A program made the translations under genes and the position numbers. The notes under the pieces are model-generated. The model searched no databases, was not told the DNA's origin, and saw only the letters and a list, made by a program, of their open reading frames with translations. Of a DNA stretch of 64,000 nucleotides, positions 37,101-49,086 are shown in pieces; within the stretch, counting starts at the first letter, position 1, and each line of letters opens with the position of its first letter. Source of the stretch: Balanoglossus misakiensis (taxonomy: Eukaryota > Animalia > Hemichordata); the NCBI GenBank assembly GCA_040954595.2, contig CM082589.2, positions 11,234,894 through 11,298,893 on the forward strand, in the 5' to 3' direction.

Positions 37101-40100
37101 TTAAGACAGTATCAATTCTGAGATGCTTCAGAACTGTCTTAATGGTGTATGTGTGACACCCATATTTATTACACAGTCAAATCTTTTAAACAGAACACCA
37201 ACACATTAACATGTTTCTATGTAAAAGGGACTAGGAAAAGCTGTTGGTTGAAGAGAGGTTTCCCGATTAGACAGGGTTTGTTTTAGACGGGTTTGAGTGT
37301 CCTTGTATGTTCTGAATGATGTTGTTATAATTTTTGATAGTTACATAGGGACAAAAGTGATAATGATGCAATCATATTACTGTAAAACGGCAAATTTTCC
37401 CAAACTTCGGCAAAAAAGAAGAAGAAAATAAAGTCGCATAAAATGTTTTTCAGAGATAACAGAGTAGTTAGTAAAATACTAGAATGCGGAAATTTAATTC
37501 TCGTGTCACAGTTGCCTCTTTTGATATATTGCAAAATATTTTCTGTCACGAAAATGTCCCGTTTTACAGTATGTGACAAGACATAACAAGGGGTAGAGAT
37601 GACAATTTGTCAAGATATTAATTAATTTGTAAAGTTTATGTATGAATGATAAAAAAATTCACTCACGCAGTACATAGAGTAAAAAGTTGCACTGTGCATT
37701 GTTGCCAGCTGTATCTGAAGCAACATAGCTGATCTGGTAGGTTCCCAAGGAAAAGGTGTCACCTGTAAGAACAAAATTATGCACATCATTACAGGCATGG
37801 GTGCCAAAGCCAAAATAGCTTCCGTTTCTTGAATGTTTTTCATGATTTTCTTTTCAAACTTAGAATGGTCCATTTAAGTGAGCTATCTGGTGGGTATACA
37901 CAGGCATATTATCAACTCCTGATTGTGACTGTACATATAAACATGAACAAGATATGTATACTAAACAGATATGGTGCCGCACACGTTTATTCAACTGCCC
38001 ATTGTAAGAGAACACAACATTTGTGGTATGGGTATCCCCAGTAGTAGTGGAGAATATTAAGTACTTTACTGATTAAAGGCCTTGCTCAACAGTTGGTCAA
38101 ATCTTTTGTTTCCAATAAACAATTACGTGCAAACACAAATGCTTTCGAGTTTTAACTTCATTGTACTGCCCTGGGATCGAGGAAAGGGCCTATAAACATA
38201 TGGTAATAGTATCAGCAATTGAGGCTTTAATACTTGGAAGCAAGATCATCTGTCGCACATAGGATGTGCTAGCCATATATGAGTAACGGCCACAAGAATA
38301 AACTGTACCAGTATGCTTCATACTGACCATAATCTTAGGAAAGTTGTCTCAGCTTGTTGGTTTCTGTTTAGATCAACTCCCCACCCCACCCCGATAAAAA
38401 AAACTTAGTTAGTGTGAATGTTATATATTATCTATAATCAGAAATGATATTTTATAGGAAACTTACCCATTGTGTAGGTTTGTGTCACATTGGCAATGGC
38501 GACATCATCTGTAAATATAGGCTCCTGCCATACTCCTGTTGTCAAGCTATTAGGACTAATTATACGGGTCGTATTGGGACAGTAAATGACTTCAGGAGCG
38601 TGTTTATCTGAAGAAAAAAAAATGAAAGAATAACAAATGTTTGTAAATTAAACAACTGGTCCACACCCCCTATGCATACACTGGTACATTTAGGTAAATG
38701 CACTACTAGATGTTAATATCTGTCACATATTCATGAGAAATCCAGATATTGTTAAGTGCTTGTTTTCTGATACATGTGAATAGACTAGATCACTGTCAAG
38801 AAACACTACAAGATAGGACAGGAGTCATGAGATGGTATCCATAGGCATAATAACTGATATGATCAATTACACTCATGATAAGCCTAGTTCTTGGAACAGC
38901 AGAAACTGATGATGATGATGGTGATGATGATGGTGGTGGTGGTGGTAGTGGTGATGATGATTATGATGATGATGATGGTGATGGTGGTTGTGAATAGTAT
39001 CATTACATTCAGTGTTAAATACATGTACGGTAGAAACAAAAAGAGTGAGCGATACAGGCATGGGCAGATGATGATTCCCTATACTTCCTAAAGTAGGGAG
39101 ATTGCAGGCTGTGTGATTGGAGTACAACACACAGCAGCTAGGGGCTGGTGAATGTACACAGGAAAAACTACTCAAAATTTCACACAGTTTTCCCTGGACA
39201 GACACAACATTACAAGGAGAGCTGTGTTAAAGTAAGGATTTAGGATTAATCAACTCTGTGAATATGACCCAATATTTCCTCGTCAGATTATGCATAAAAT
39301 TGTTTGATAGTAATGAATAAGGCTATTTACCAACAGGTGTGCATGGTGAACCAGAGTAACCAATTGGGCACCTGGTACTTCCACAAGCTGATGGCTGGAT
39401 TTTGACCACACTACCCAATAACTCTTGATCCATTTCAACCCACATGACATGATTGCCAAGTGGACTTTGTGAACAGTTCAAAGCCAGACTCTGGATTTCA
39501 ACAGGAGTCAATACATAATCGTATACATTCATCTGTGTAACATCACCATGGAAGCTAAAATAGTTGTCAAGGAGTCCATTTTCGTCATAGCTTTGACCAA
39601 GAATTACCATACAGCTGTTGAAAAACAAGGGAATAATGAATTCATTAAAAGTGCTGGTAAGAAGTTGTCAAAAATAAACTGTGAAAATCAGTATCGTTCC
39701 GCATAAGTTTGAATTTGAAAGTGCCACGAAGATAGCTTTGCTGATGTCCATAGTTTGCTCCCTTGATTTTTTTGGCCAGTTTTGTTGTAAGTCGCAACAT
39801 GTTATGATGATATTGTATTGTCATGTAGGAGTAAGACAAGCTACCTAGCAGATAAGTTATAAACAAGATAACTGCTTCACAAATAAATGGTTCACTTCTC
39901 TTGAGGCTTGGGAAAACTTGACAGTATAGGAAAATATAGAATTTTAACATGTGATGATGACAATTTTCTATGGCTTTGTAGGAGTTAAAAATGTTCGGAG
40001 TTCCACTAGCAACTTACTTTTCTGAGTCATCGATACCTGTCCAGGATGGAAGGGGTGATGTTACTGCAACACCATTCAAGTAAACTGCCACAATGCCTTC

Positions 40101-40218
40101 TTCAATTACCATGACAACATTATGCCACGAGTTGTCATCTACTGATACGGTTACACCATTTGTACTGACAGATAGACTTCTGTCCAGGACAAGAAGGGTA
40201 CTATCAACTTGGGTTAAG
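31187..40218 (-). CDS. 3' part of a large Uninflatable/SVEP1-like type I membrane protein (pentraxin/LamG, HYR, sushi, ephrin-receptor-like Cys repeats, EGF, TM, NPxY tail)
   Basis: Approximate exons: 40218-40018 and 39614-39331 (DNSWHNV, LGQSYD..FHGDVTQMNVYD, pentraxin/LamG); 38607-38467 and 37762-37667 (HYR: PEVIYCP, TFSLGTYQISY); ~36715-36531 (sushi-like); 36126-35873 (RRKR furin-like site); 35303-35156; four Cys-rich CPxG exons at 34561-34400, 34154-33993, 33748-33581 and 33443-33282; EGF at 32712-32590 and 32297-32169; TM at 31900-31804 (AVIIGGVAGGLAAVLVLGVIMLLMY); tail at 31451-31187 with YNPMY. The 5' exons were not found in the window. Confidence 0.85.
32793..32975. mobile_element. 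Kolobok-like MITE
   Basis: TTAA|AGGTATACGGTCACC ... GGTGACTGTATACCT|TTAA. Confidence 0.8.
35372..35584. mobile_element. MITE with TACTGTA...GCAGTA ends
   Basis: tactgtaaactgaattgttttcacg is imperfectly mirrored by cgcgaaaataacacgttttgcagta. Confidence 0.55.
37378..37571. mobile_element. MITE with TACTGTAAAACGG termini
   Basis: tactgtaaaacggcaaattttc ... gaaaatgtcccgttttacagta. Confidence 0.75.
38905..38990. repeat. (GAT/GGT)n microsatellite
   Basis: Directly visible; it produces the spurious poly-His and poly-Met ORFs. Confidence 0.9.
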
Positions 40219-40457
40219 CTGCCAAGAAATTCAAAACAGAGATTAGACATAAATCGGTGCATCAGCTGGTACTTTTGGGAAATTATCACACTTTTTTCAA
40301 ACTGCACCACCTTTAGCCCATACAGAAGTATGCACTGAACTATCTACAAGTATTATGAACCCTAAGTATGAGTGCATATGCAAGTTTAAACCAGACAAAT
40401 AATAAATCTTCGCCGCAAAGGAATATGGTCGCCACCGTGAGAAAATGCAAAATACAA

Positions 40458-43400
40458 TTAAAGTTGCAAGCAGCGTTGGCGGGGCACAAGCGGTTCCCAT
40501 GGTAACAAGCAAATGCCAAGGCTGTATCTGCTGTGGATACCAAGATATTGGAAAGTAGGTCAAAGGTCACCAGAGGTCACCCCAAATTTGGGCAAAAAAA
40601 TCGGACCCCATACTAGTCTAGGTCCAACAAAAACCAAACACCTAGCTCTATTGGTTCGCCTAGAATTAGGTATGCGCATAATTAATGAGGTCTTGTGTAA
40701 GACTCCATATCTGCTCCATCGGCCCTCCAAAAGTCAGGACTCTAACTGCTGTGGATGCTGAGATATGGGAAATTAGATCAAAGGTCATCCAAGGTCACCC
40801 AAAATTTGGGCATAAAATGTTGACCCCAGAGTGGGCCATGTCCAACTAAAACCAGACCTCTAGCCCTATTGGTTAGCCTGGAATTAGATATGCAGAAAAA
40901 TGATGTTTTAGAAATAGGTCAAGGGTCATTGCCAAAATTACCAAAATAGTTGTGTCATGTCCTGGCAGCATTGGTACCCATGTCCACAAAATTCATGACT
41001 GTGGTGCTTTTACAAGAGGAGGTATGGGGATATGCATATATAATTAGTTGTTTTAAAACTGGGTCAAAGGTCATGTCAAAATTGCCCCGAAAAATTGTAA
41101 CAACTTCCGGTCATATGATGACTCATATCCAAAAAAAGAATTTACGTGCTGTCAACATTTTGGCTACAAAGCAGAATTTTCATTTTTCAATGGTTTTCCG
41201 AAAATCCAACATGGCCGCCATAATGATCGACCAATCACAGTGCGCTTCGCAAACTTGATAAAAATAGGTTAGGTGACCACATACCCCGAATCCTGTGACT
41301 CGGCAATCGCTGGTTCTGGAGAAGAAGATTTTTAAAGTTTTAAGTAGTTTTTCAGAAAAACAATTGTAGCAAAAAAACTTTATGTGTGACGTCATGATTT
41401 CAATGGGGTAAAATGATGGACAGAAGGTAGGCTACCTGCACACCAAATTTGAACTCGATCGGCCCAGTAGTTTTTGAGAAGGACTCGTTTAACGATTGTC
41501 AGGAAATGCAATATGGCCGCCAGGTCACGTGACTAATTAAATATTCACGAGCCACTGCACGTCTACTCATTGGCCCCTATCACCCTACCAAGTTTCAGCC
41601 CCCAAGGTGCAGCGGTTTTCCAGATCTACCTGGCCGAATTTCTCGGAAGAAGAAGAAGAAGAAGAATTAAAGCTGCAAGCAGCATTGTCCGGGCCCAAGC
41701 TCTATTATCTGATCTGATTATTAGATATGCACATAATTAATGAGTAGAAACATAATGCTGTGTTTTATCCCATGAAATATCAAGATTATATCTATGTTTA
41801 GTGCTGATATAGTGTTAAGTAGGTCAGAGGTCACCCACAGTTTGTGCAGAAAATTTTGACCCATAGTGGTCCATGTCCAACAAAAACCAGACCTCTAACC
41901 CTTTTGGTTAGCCCGGAATTAGGTATGCACATAAATAATGAGTTAAGCAGGTGTCACAGGTGACCCAAAACTTTGGCTTTTCATTATGGCCCCATACCTC
42001 CAAACGCCAAGGCTGTATCTGCTGTGGATGCTGAGATTTGCGAAATTAGGTCAAAGGTCACCAGAGGTCACCCAAAATTTGGGTAAAAAATTTTGACCCT
42101 ATACTTGTCCTGTCCAACAAAAACAAAACCTCTAGGTCTATTGGTTCACCTGTAATTAGGTATGCGCATATTTAATGAGGTCAGCAGAGGTCAAAGGGGT
42201 CATGAAAAGTACCAAAATTTTTTGATCACATACAAATCCACATACATCAAAAACCAAACTTATAGCCCTATTGGTTAGCCTGGAATTAGATATGCAGAAA
42301 AATGATGCGTCAAAAGTAGGTCAAAGGTCATTGCCAAAATTACCAAAATATTTATAGCTTATTCTTGTCATATGATGATTCATATCCATAAAAAGAATTT
42401 CTGTGCTATCAATTTTTAGGCTAGAAAAGGAATTTTTACTTTTTAATCGTTTTTCACAAAATCCAATATGGCCGCCATAATCTTCGACCAATCACATTCC
42501 CCTTCGCAAACTTGATAGACATCTGTTTAATGATCACACACACCAAATCTTGTGACTCGGTTATCGCCAGTTCTGGAGAAGAAGATTTTTGAAATTTTAC
42601 TAGGGTTTTTCGAAAATCCAATATGGCCGCCATAATCTTCGACCAATCACAATGATCTTCGCAAACTTGATAGACATCTGTTAGGTGACCACATACCCCA
42701 AACGGCGTGACTCGGTTATCGTCGGTTCTGGAGAAGAAGATTTTTGAAATTTAAGCCAGATTTCAGAAAAAAAATTGTAGCAAAAAAACTGCAACATTGT
42801 CAGCATAATTTCCAATTACAAAAATGATAGGCAAAAGGTAGTCTACCAGCATGCCAAATTTGAAGTTGATCTGACTTGTAGTTTCTGAGATCTGAGATTT
42901 GCATTTTTTTAGAAAATCCAAGATGGCCGCCAGGTCACGTGACTAATTAAAAATTCACAGGTTCAATGCACGACTACTCATTGACCTTGACCACTGTAGC
43001 AAGTTTCAGAAGTGTACCTGCAGCGGTGTCTGAGATCTAGAGCGACAAAGAATTGACACAAGAATAAAGAAAGAAAGAAGAAAGAAGGAAAGACAGAAAA
43101 ACCCAGACGAAACCAATAGGGCCCAAGCGCTGGTATGCGCTTGGGCCCTAAAAAACCCCAACGAAACCAATAGGGCCCAAGCGCTGGTATGCGCTTGGGC
43201 CCTAATTAAAGCTGCGAGCAGCATTGTTGGGCCCAAGCGCTGATCTTGAATTATATATGCACAGTATGAATGAGAAGAAACAGAATTTTCTATCGGATGT
43301 ATTATCTCATGACATAACAAGGATGTGTGTATTTTTGCTGCTGAAATAGGGTGAAGTAGGTCAAAGGTCACCTGAGGTCACCCAACATTTGGGCAATTTT

Positions 43401-43930
43401 TTTTTACCCATACTGGTCCATGTCCAACAAAAACCAAAACTCTAGCTCTATTGGTTCGCCTGTAATTAGGTATGTGCATAATTAATGAGGTCAGCAGAGG
43501 TCAAAGGGGTCATGAAAAGTAGCAAAATATTTTGATCACACACTAATCCACATTCATCAAAAACCAAACCTCTAGCCCTATAGGTTAGCCTGGAATTAGA
43601 TATGCAGAAATAATAACGCGTGATAATTAGGTCAAAGGTCATGTGAAAAATCGCCAAAAATTTTTTATATATTTTAGTCACATGACGATTGATATCCATA
43701 AAAAGAATTTGTATGCTATCAATTTTTGGACTAGAAAAAGGAATTTCAATTTTTCTCTGTTTTTTACAAAATCCAATATGGCCGCCATAATCTTCGACCA
43801 ATCACAATGCTCTTTGCAAACATGATAGACATCAGTGTAGTGACCATACTCCCCGAATCTTGCGACTCAGTCATCGCTCGTTCTGGAGAAGAAGATTTTT
43901 GGAGTTTAACTATGGTTTTACAAAAAACAA
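40458..43930 (-). mobile_element. Head-to-tail tandem of three non-autonomous Helentron/HINE(DINE-1)-like elements
   Basis: Units begin on + at 40458, 41667 and 43206 with ttaaag(c/t)tgc(a/g)agcagc..ggg(c/g)c(c/a)caagc (stem-loop plus subTIR). The opposite end has an (AAG)n microsatellite and the hairpin tagggcccaagcg..cgcttgggcccta (twice, 43117-43204). Internal ggtcaaaggtca-rich repeats are present. Confidence 0.6.
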
Positions 43931-46900
43931 TAAACCTGCTGTACCTCCGCATGTCTCCACAAGAGCTAGGAGCTCAAAATCAGTCGGACGCAGACCAGCG
44001 GTCTGTCAGGTGTAGTAACCGTAACACCAATAAAGGTAGGTTTTCATTGATTCTAATAGGTCTCCGTTCATCAACATTTCAAATATTCTCCATAATCCAG
44101 TAGTTGCCACTGTACTTGAATGAAATATTTCCTTTCAAACTTCCAAATGGTAACCGAATCTCAAATCGCAAATCTTTCCATTTTAATAACGAAGTCGGAT
44201 GCCGAAATTACCAACTCACTTTTTCTATCGGACTCCATCATTCTAATACTTTACTTCAATGTTCAAAAATTGTGTAAAACAATATCCACTCTCAATCTAT
44301 ATTTCAGGTTTAACGGCGTAATGGCATCCCCGGCCTTTGCTCTATCATAGAGGCAAATGGTATTATCTCTTCCAGTGGAAAAGTTGCGGAGCTGTACGTA
44401 TTCTCCCTTCTATAATCTGTTCAGCCACTTCGGATTTTCTTTCCAGAATTTAAGTTCCAGAACGTTGCCATCGTGCTGCATACAAGGCACGCTAAACAGT
44501 TTCCCGTTGGCGGAATTCCGGATCTCGACATCCTCCATGACGCGCAATTTCACAGCCATGCCTTGGCTGGTTGCAGATGATGGAGCTAAGGTACGTAACA
44601 ATCGCACCCCGAAACGCCTGGGCCCTTTTTTGTGTGTAGTCATTGTGGGTATGTTAACCTCCCATGTCCTTCATTTTTAGAAATTTAGTATACAAAACTG
44701 GATGACCGATTATGTTTTAGAGACCTTTCCCGAATCCACCTGAAGCCCAGTCGGAATGTCTTAGGATGTTACCTAAATTCAATATGGCCGCCTCCATGCG
44801 TTCACTTGCATTTGAAAATACGTTGATTTTATCGTCGATTAGCGGTGTTTATTCTCAGTATCAATTTAAACGCGGCACTCGCTCACAAGTCATATTCTAG
44901 AAAGAAAGAAAAAATGATAGTTTTGAGTACAGATTACACGTATTTTAAAACGAGGTTTGGTAACAATGGTATCACTACTAAATGACTTACAATCGATGTT
45001 TTTAATTGTCTTTGCACCACAGTATGAATCCGGTGATGGTAAATCGCATTCAACTTAGAAGGCATGGAGAAAGCGCAACTGATGGTAACTGGGATGCCAA
45101 ACTGAAACTTTTGGGAGAGAAAACCTTGCCATGTACGGACGTGGGTGTCACAGTTAAACTTGGGTTAAATACTACAGCGACAACCGAAGTCCCGTTGAGA
45201 TATGATATGTGGTAGTGCATGTCCACATGAGTGCCGTGTACTAGCCTCTCTCTCTGTAAATCCATCCAGGCTACTGCTTTCTGTACATTGGAGAGAAATG
45301 AGAACAAGATGGTTAAATCATATTTTGTATAAGTTGGTGTTGACGAAAATAAGATGCATGTGAATTGTAGGACTGAAATGTTTCTGTAATGAATACTAAA
45401 TTAAAAGTTCACAACTTGCATGCAGATAGTAAGTGCTGGGGAAGTTGCAGGGTGGAGATTGCTTTGGTTTAGTTAACTTACTCAATCTTTGTGACTGTTG
45501 CATTTCTTGATTGATAGAGTAGTGTACATGCATTGGCAGGTTTTCTAATATGGCCTCCTCTGTACCCAAGGTCTGGCATAAGGTGGGACACTGTAAGTAT
45601 TTGCCGTCTGACACAGAAGATGCCACTTCTAGAAAAAAATAAAAAGGACAGAATGTGATTGGTAAGACACAGAGACGTGAACATGTACACAAAATGATAG
45701 GAAATTGGTGGAAGCAAGTACTGCAGTTAATACTTACTCATCTATGTCTATTCCCTCAAATATCCCTTCTACCATATCATCACCATTTGGTTCTTTTAAC
45801 ACCTTAGGGAAAAATTGAGAGTTACATTAGAAGCACCGACAATAGGAGGGGGGGGGGGTAAGGTTTGCAGAGAACAGGTTTTTTTATGAACATTTGTGAA
45901 AATCAGAAATTAGTGACATGTAGGATTTCAATTTTATGATGTAACATTGTTTTCTTTTCAACATCAGTTCTCTGAGTAAAAAGATGGCCATGTAAATTTT
46001 CTCTAAGTTTGTTAGAGAAATAAAGTACATGTACAACTTTAGTGTTTCACTAATTGAGTTTCAGTGTTCTTGTATTGTCTCCTTTGCCCCATGTCAACCT
46101 CAAAGTAAATATCAAATTTGCCATTTTTGACTTATTTGTCCTTGCAGTGGGCCACATAGCATTTTAGTGCAACTTATGAAAATCTGAAGAACCAAATGCC
46201 TAATTTACCCACTCTGCACAGATTTATGTCAATGGTACTGACTTGATGATCGGTATAGCGCCCTCTGTGGTAGGGGGTGGGGGGTTAACCTTGCCTTTAT
46301 ATGTTTATCCCTGTCCGGTTCCATTCCAATTGTATCTATGGTAACCTTATTATCAGCAGTAAATGCCACAATTGTAAAACAGCAATAATTTTAGTATCAA
46401 GCACTCTGTGGAATTAAATATACCCTGTGTATTCTTTGTTTCCCATTAGTAATCATGCAACTTTGCCATTTTGGGCCTTCTGATTTGCTGTATGTGCTCA
46501 CTAGTCCTTCCCAACGTCTCTGAATTAGAAGGCCATTGTCATTTGTATAGTGTAGACACATTTCATTTTAGTACAACTGATGAAAGTCTCGTGAAAAACC
46601 AAATGCTTAATTTACCCACTGTGCAAAGATTATCTGAATGATATTGTGTTGATCGTCATATAGTATAGCGCCCTCTGCGATAGTATTTGGATGATTGTGC
46701 CAGGGAGAAGGGGGTACTGAGGGAGCAGATGCAGATGACAGCAAGGCATATCCACTGAACAATGAGACGGTACGTGTTGTCAGCATTCAGGGAGAGTAAA
46801 AAGGGGAGCGCAAGAGACCAGGATGAAGAGACGAGCAGTATTGCATCATCTGTGGAAATAAATGCCAAGAGAAGGTAAATGTGGAAGACAAGCACTTAGT

Positions 46901-46989
46901 GGTTATAAACAAATGTTTTTTTGTGGACAGTTTTAGTATCAAGCATTGTGGAATTAAATATACACAGTGTGTGTTGTGTGTTAGATAGG

Positions 46990-47247
46990 TACATACATAC
47001 ATACATACATACATACATACATACATACATACATACATACATACATACATACATACATACATGCATACATACATACATACATACATACATACATACATAC
47101 ATACATACATACATACATACATACATACATACATTGTATGTATGCATGCATACATGCATGCATGCATGCATGCATGCATGCATGCATGCATGCATACATA
47201 CATACATACATACATACATACATACATACATACATACATACATACAT
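46990..47247. repeat. Compound (ACAT)n/(GCAT)n microsatellite
   Basis: Directly visible. Confidence 0.97.
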
Positions 47248-47281
47248 GGAAAACACACAGCAAATGGACTCCTTTTTTATC

Positions 47282-47353
47282 ATCCTCACCAGGAATCGAA
47301 CCAGGATCCCTTATCACAAAGTGACAAGTGCGTTAACCATTACACCATGAGGA
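47282..47353 (-). pseudogene. tRNA-derived sequence (pseudo-tRNA or SINE head)
   Basis: TCCTCATGGTGTAATGGTTAACGCACTTGTCACTTTGTGATAAGGGATCCTGGTTCGATTCCTGGTGAGGA has an A box, a B box (GGTTCGATTCC) and acceptor pairing TCCTCA/TGAGGA. The anticodon arm is irregular. Confidence 0.65.
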
Positions 47354-47626
47354 TTGTTTTATCTCCACTAACTGCCAACACACTGTCCAATTGCACATTC
47401 ACTCACTGACATATTCAACACACCAGTTTTTTTATTTCAATAAAAATTCACAAATGCATGTGAGAAATAACAGAGAGTCAGAAATTGGCATCCACAGGAG
47501 TTACTGCATTGCTATATGGTATTATAGAGCAGCCAATGCAGTCTAACACTTTTATTAGCTTATTAAAGGCAGAAAGTCTCTTTGCTGCCCTTTTTTAATA
47601 ATTATGTGTGATACAAGAGACTGTTA

Positions 47627-47813
47627 ATGTGGATATATAGTGAATCAACGTTCGACCACACACAGCTTCCATCCCGTTTGTAGGATATGACAGTAAAAAC
47701 TCGCCCAAAATGAATAAATGGTAAAGACCAATTATTCATTTTGGCAAGATTTTTCACTCTCGTGTCTACAAGCAGTGTGTGTTGTTGAATGTTGATTCAC
47801 TATATATCCACAT
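47627..47813. mobile_element. Palindromic MITE; partial copies near 32400 and 34700
   Basis: atgtggatatatagtgaatcaac ... gttgattcactatatatccacat. Confidence 0.7.
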
Positions 47814-49086
47814 GTACATTAACATAAATGGTGTCTTGCATCAAACATAATTAATGGAAAAGGGTCCCTTTAATTTATATACTTATCAAATTGTAAGCTA
47901 ACCAATATGGTTAGAAGTCCGATTTGCTTGGACGTGAACCAATATGATCTATCAAAATTTTCTGGTAAAAGTTTGAGTAACTATAACTTGTGCTTTCACC
48001 TTTTTTCATCATGTTGCTTGGGCCCTGACAATGCTGCTTTATAGCTACTACAGGATTAGATTACTTCCATTTGGCAGTAGCATATAAGTGTAATGGTGTA
48101 GAAAGTTTATCCTGTTTACTGAAAGAGGAATTGCAAGAGAAACCATGTGTTATAAAAAAAAACTAGAAGATATTAAATAGCCTTAGTAAACATTTCCCAG
48201 AAACATTTCAATGAACAGTTACCATAATGTACTTTACATTAGAGTCAGAGGTGACTAAAAGGCTAATATTGTCATTTGTGAAATGTACACAATTGTATTT
48301 ATATTGTCGGTGAACTGTTTAGCTGTGTTGTCAGTTATGTTGAGCTTATTAGATTGGGTGATTGTCTTATTGGGTGAGTGGTGTCACTGTCTGTCACTTT
48401 TCTTTACTGAAACCACGGGGCCAATTACTTTGAAATTTAGTATGCAGGTTCCTAGGGTGAAGTTGGTAGAGTTTATGTAAATTGTGGTGAAATGTGTAAT
48501 TTTTGATCAATTTTAGTTGTGTTTAGTTAAATTCTTTGTACAATTACTTTGAAATTTAGTGTGTAGGTCCTTGGGGTTGATTTTACTGGAATTTGCTCAA
48601 TTTGTGACAGAATGTGGAATATGTTATTTCGGAAGCAATTGCTTGTTTGGTCTTTTTTATTTCATAAACCAGATACTGTGATTGTTTTTCTGTTCTTTTT
48701 TGTATGTGTGTCTATTTTCACAATTGAAATAAATTAATATAAGGCTATATAAAATAAATTGGTGTTTTATGCTTTTTGTTATTGATATTGTTTGTATGGT
48801 TGATATCAGATATCATATGTCTTATAGTGAGAAAGAAACCACTACACAATCCCTAGTAGTATTTGTGGTAATATATCTGTTTTGAGAATATAGCCCATTA
48901 GTATATTGTAGTCTTTGTACAACTTTTCTTCAAAATGTGTTATATGAACAAATAAAATATGGCAAGAAGATGAATTGTTTCGAAGAATGAATCATAATAA
49001 ACAGTAGAATTTGGTCAATTTTTGTTCAGGCATAAAGAAATAGCTTGTACATGAGCTTGCACGACGGTATTTGGTCAATACAGGGC

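Larger units (their letters stand above)
43935..47440. repeat. Left arm of a mosaic inverted duplication (partner 53240-57890), with OB-fold gene fragments
   Basis: 43935-44330 is the reverse complement of 57500-57885; 44570-45210 of 55945-56590; 45960-46350 of 54180-54590; 47240-47440 of 53240-53420. Confidence 0.85.

Noticed and set aside
38873-39205. Poly-His ORF
   Set aside because: It is an intronic trinucleotide microsatellite.
47282-47353. Functional tRNA gene
   Set aside because: The anticodon arm and T-stem are irregular and it is embedded in a duplicated repeat, so it was called tRNA-derived instead.
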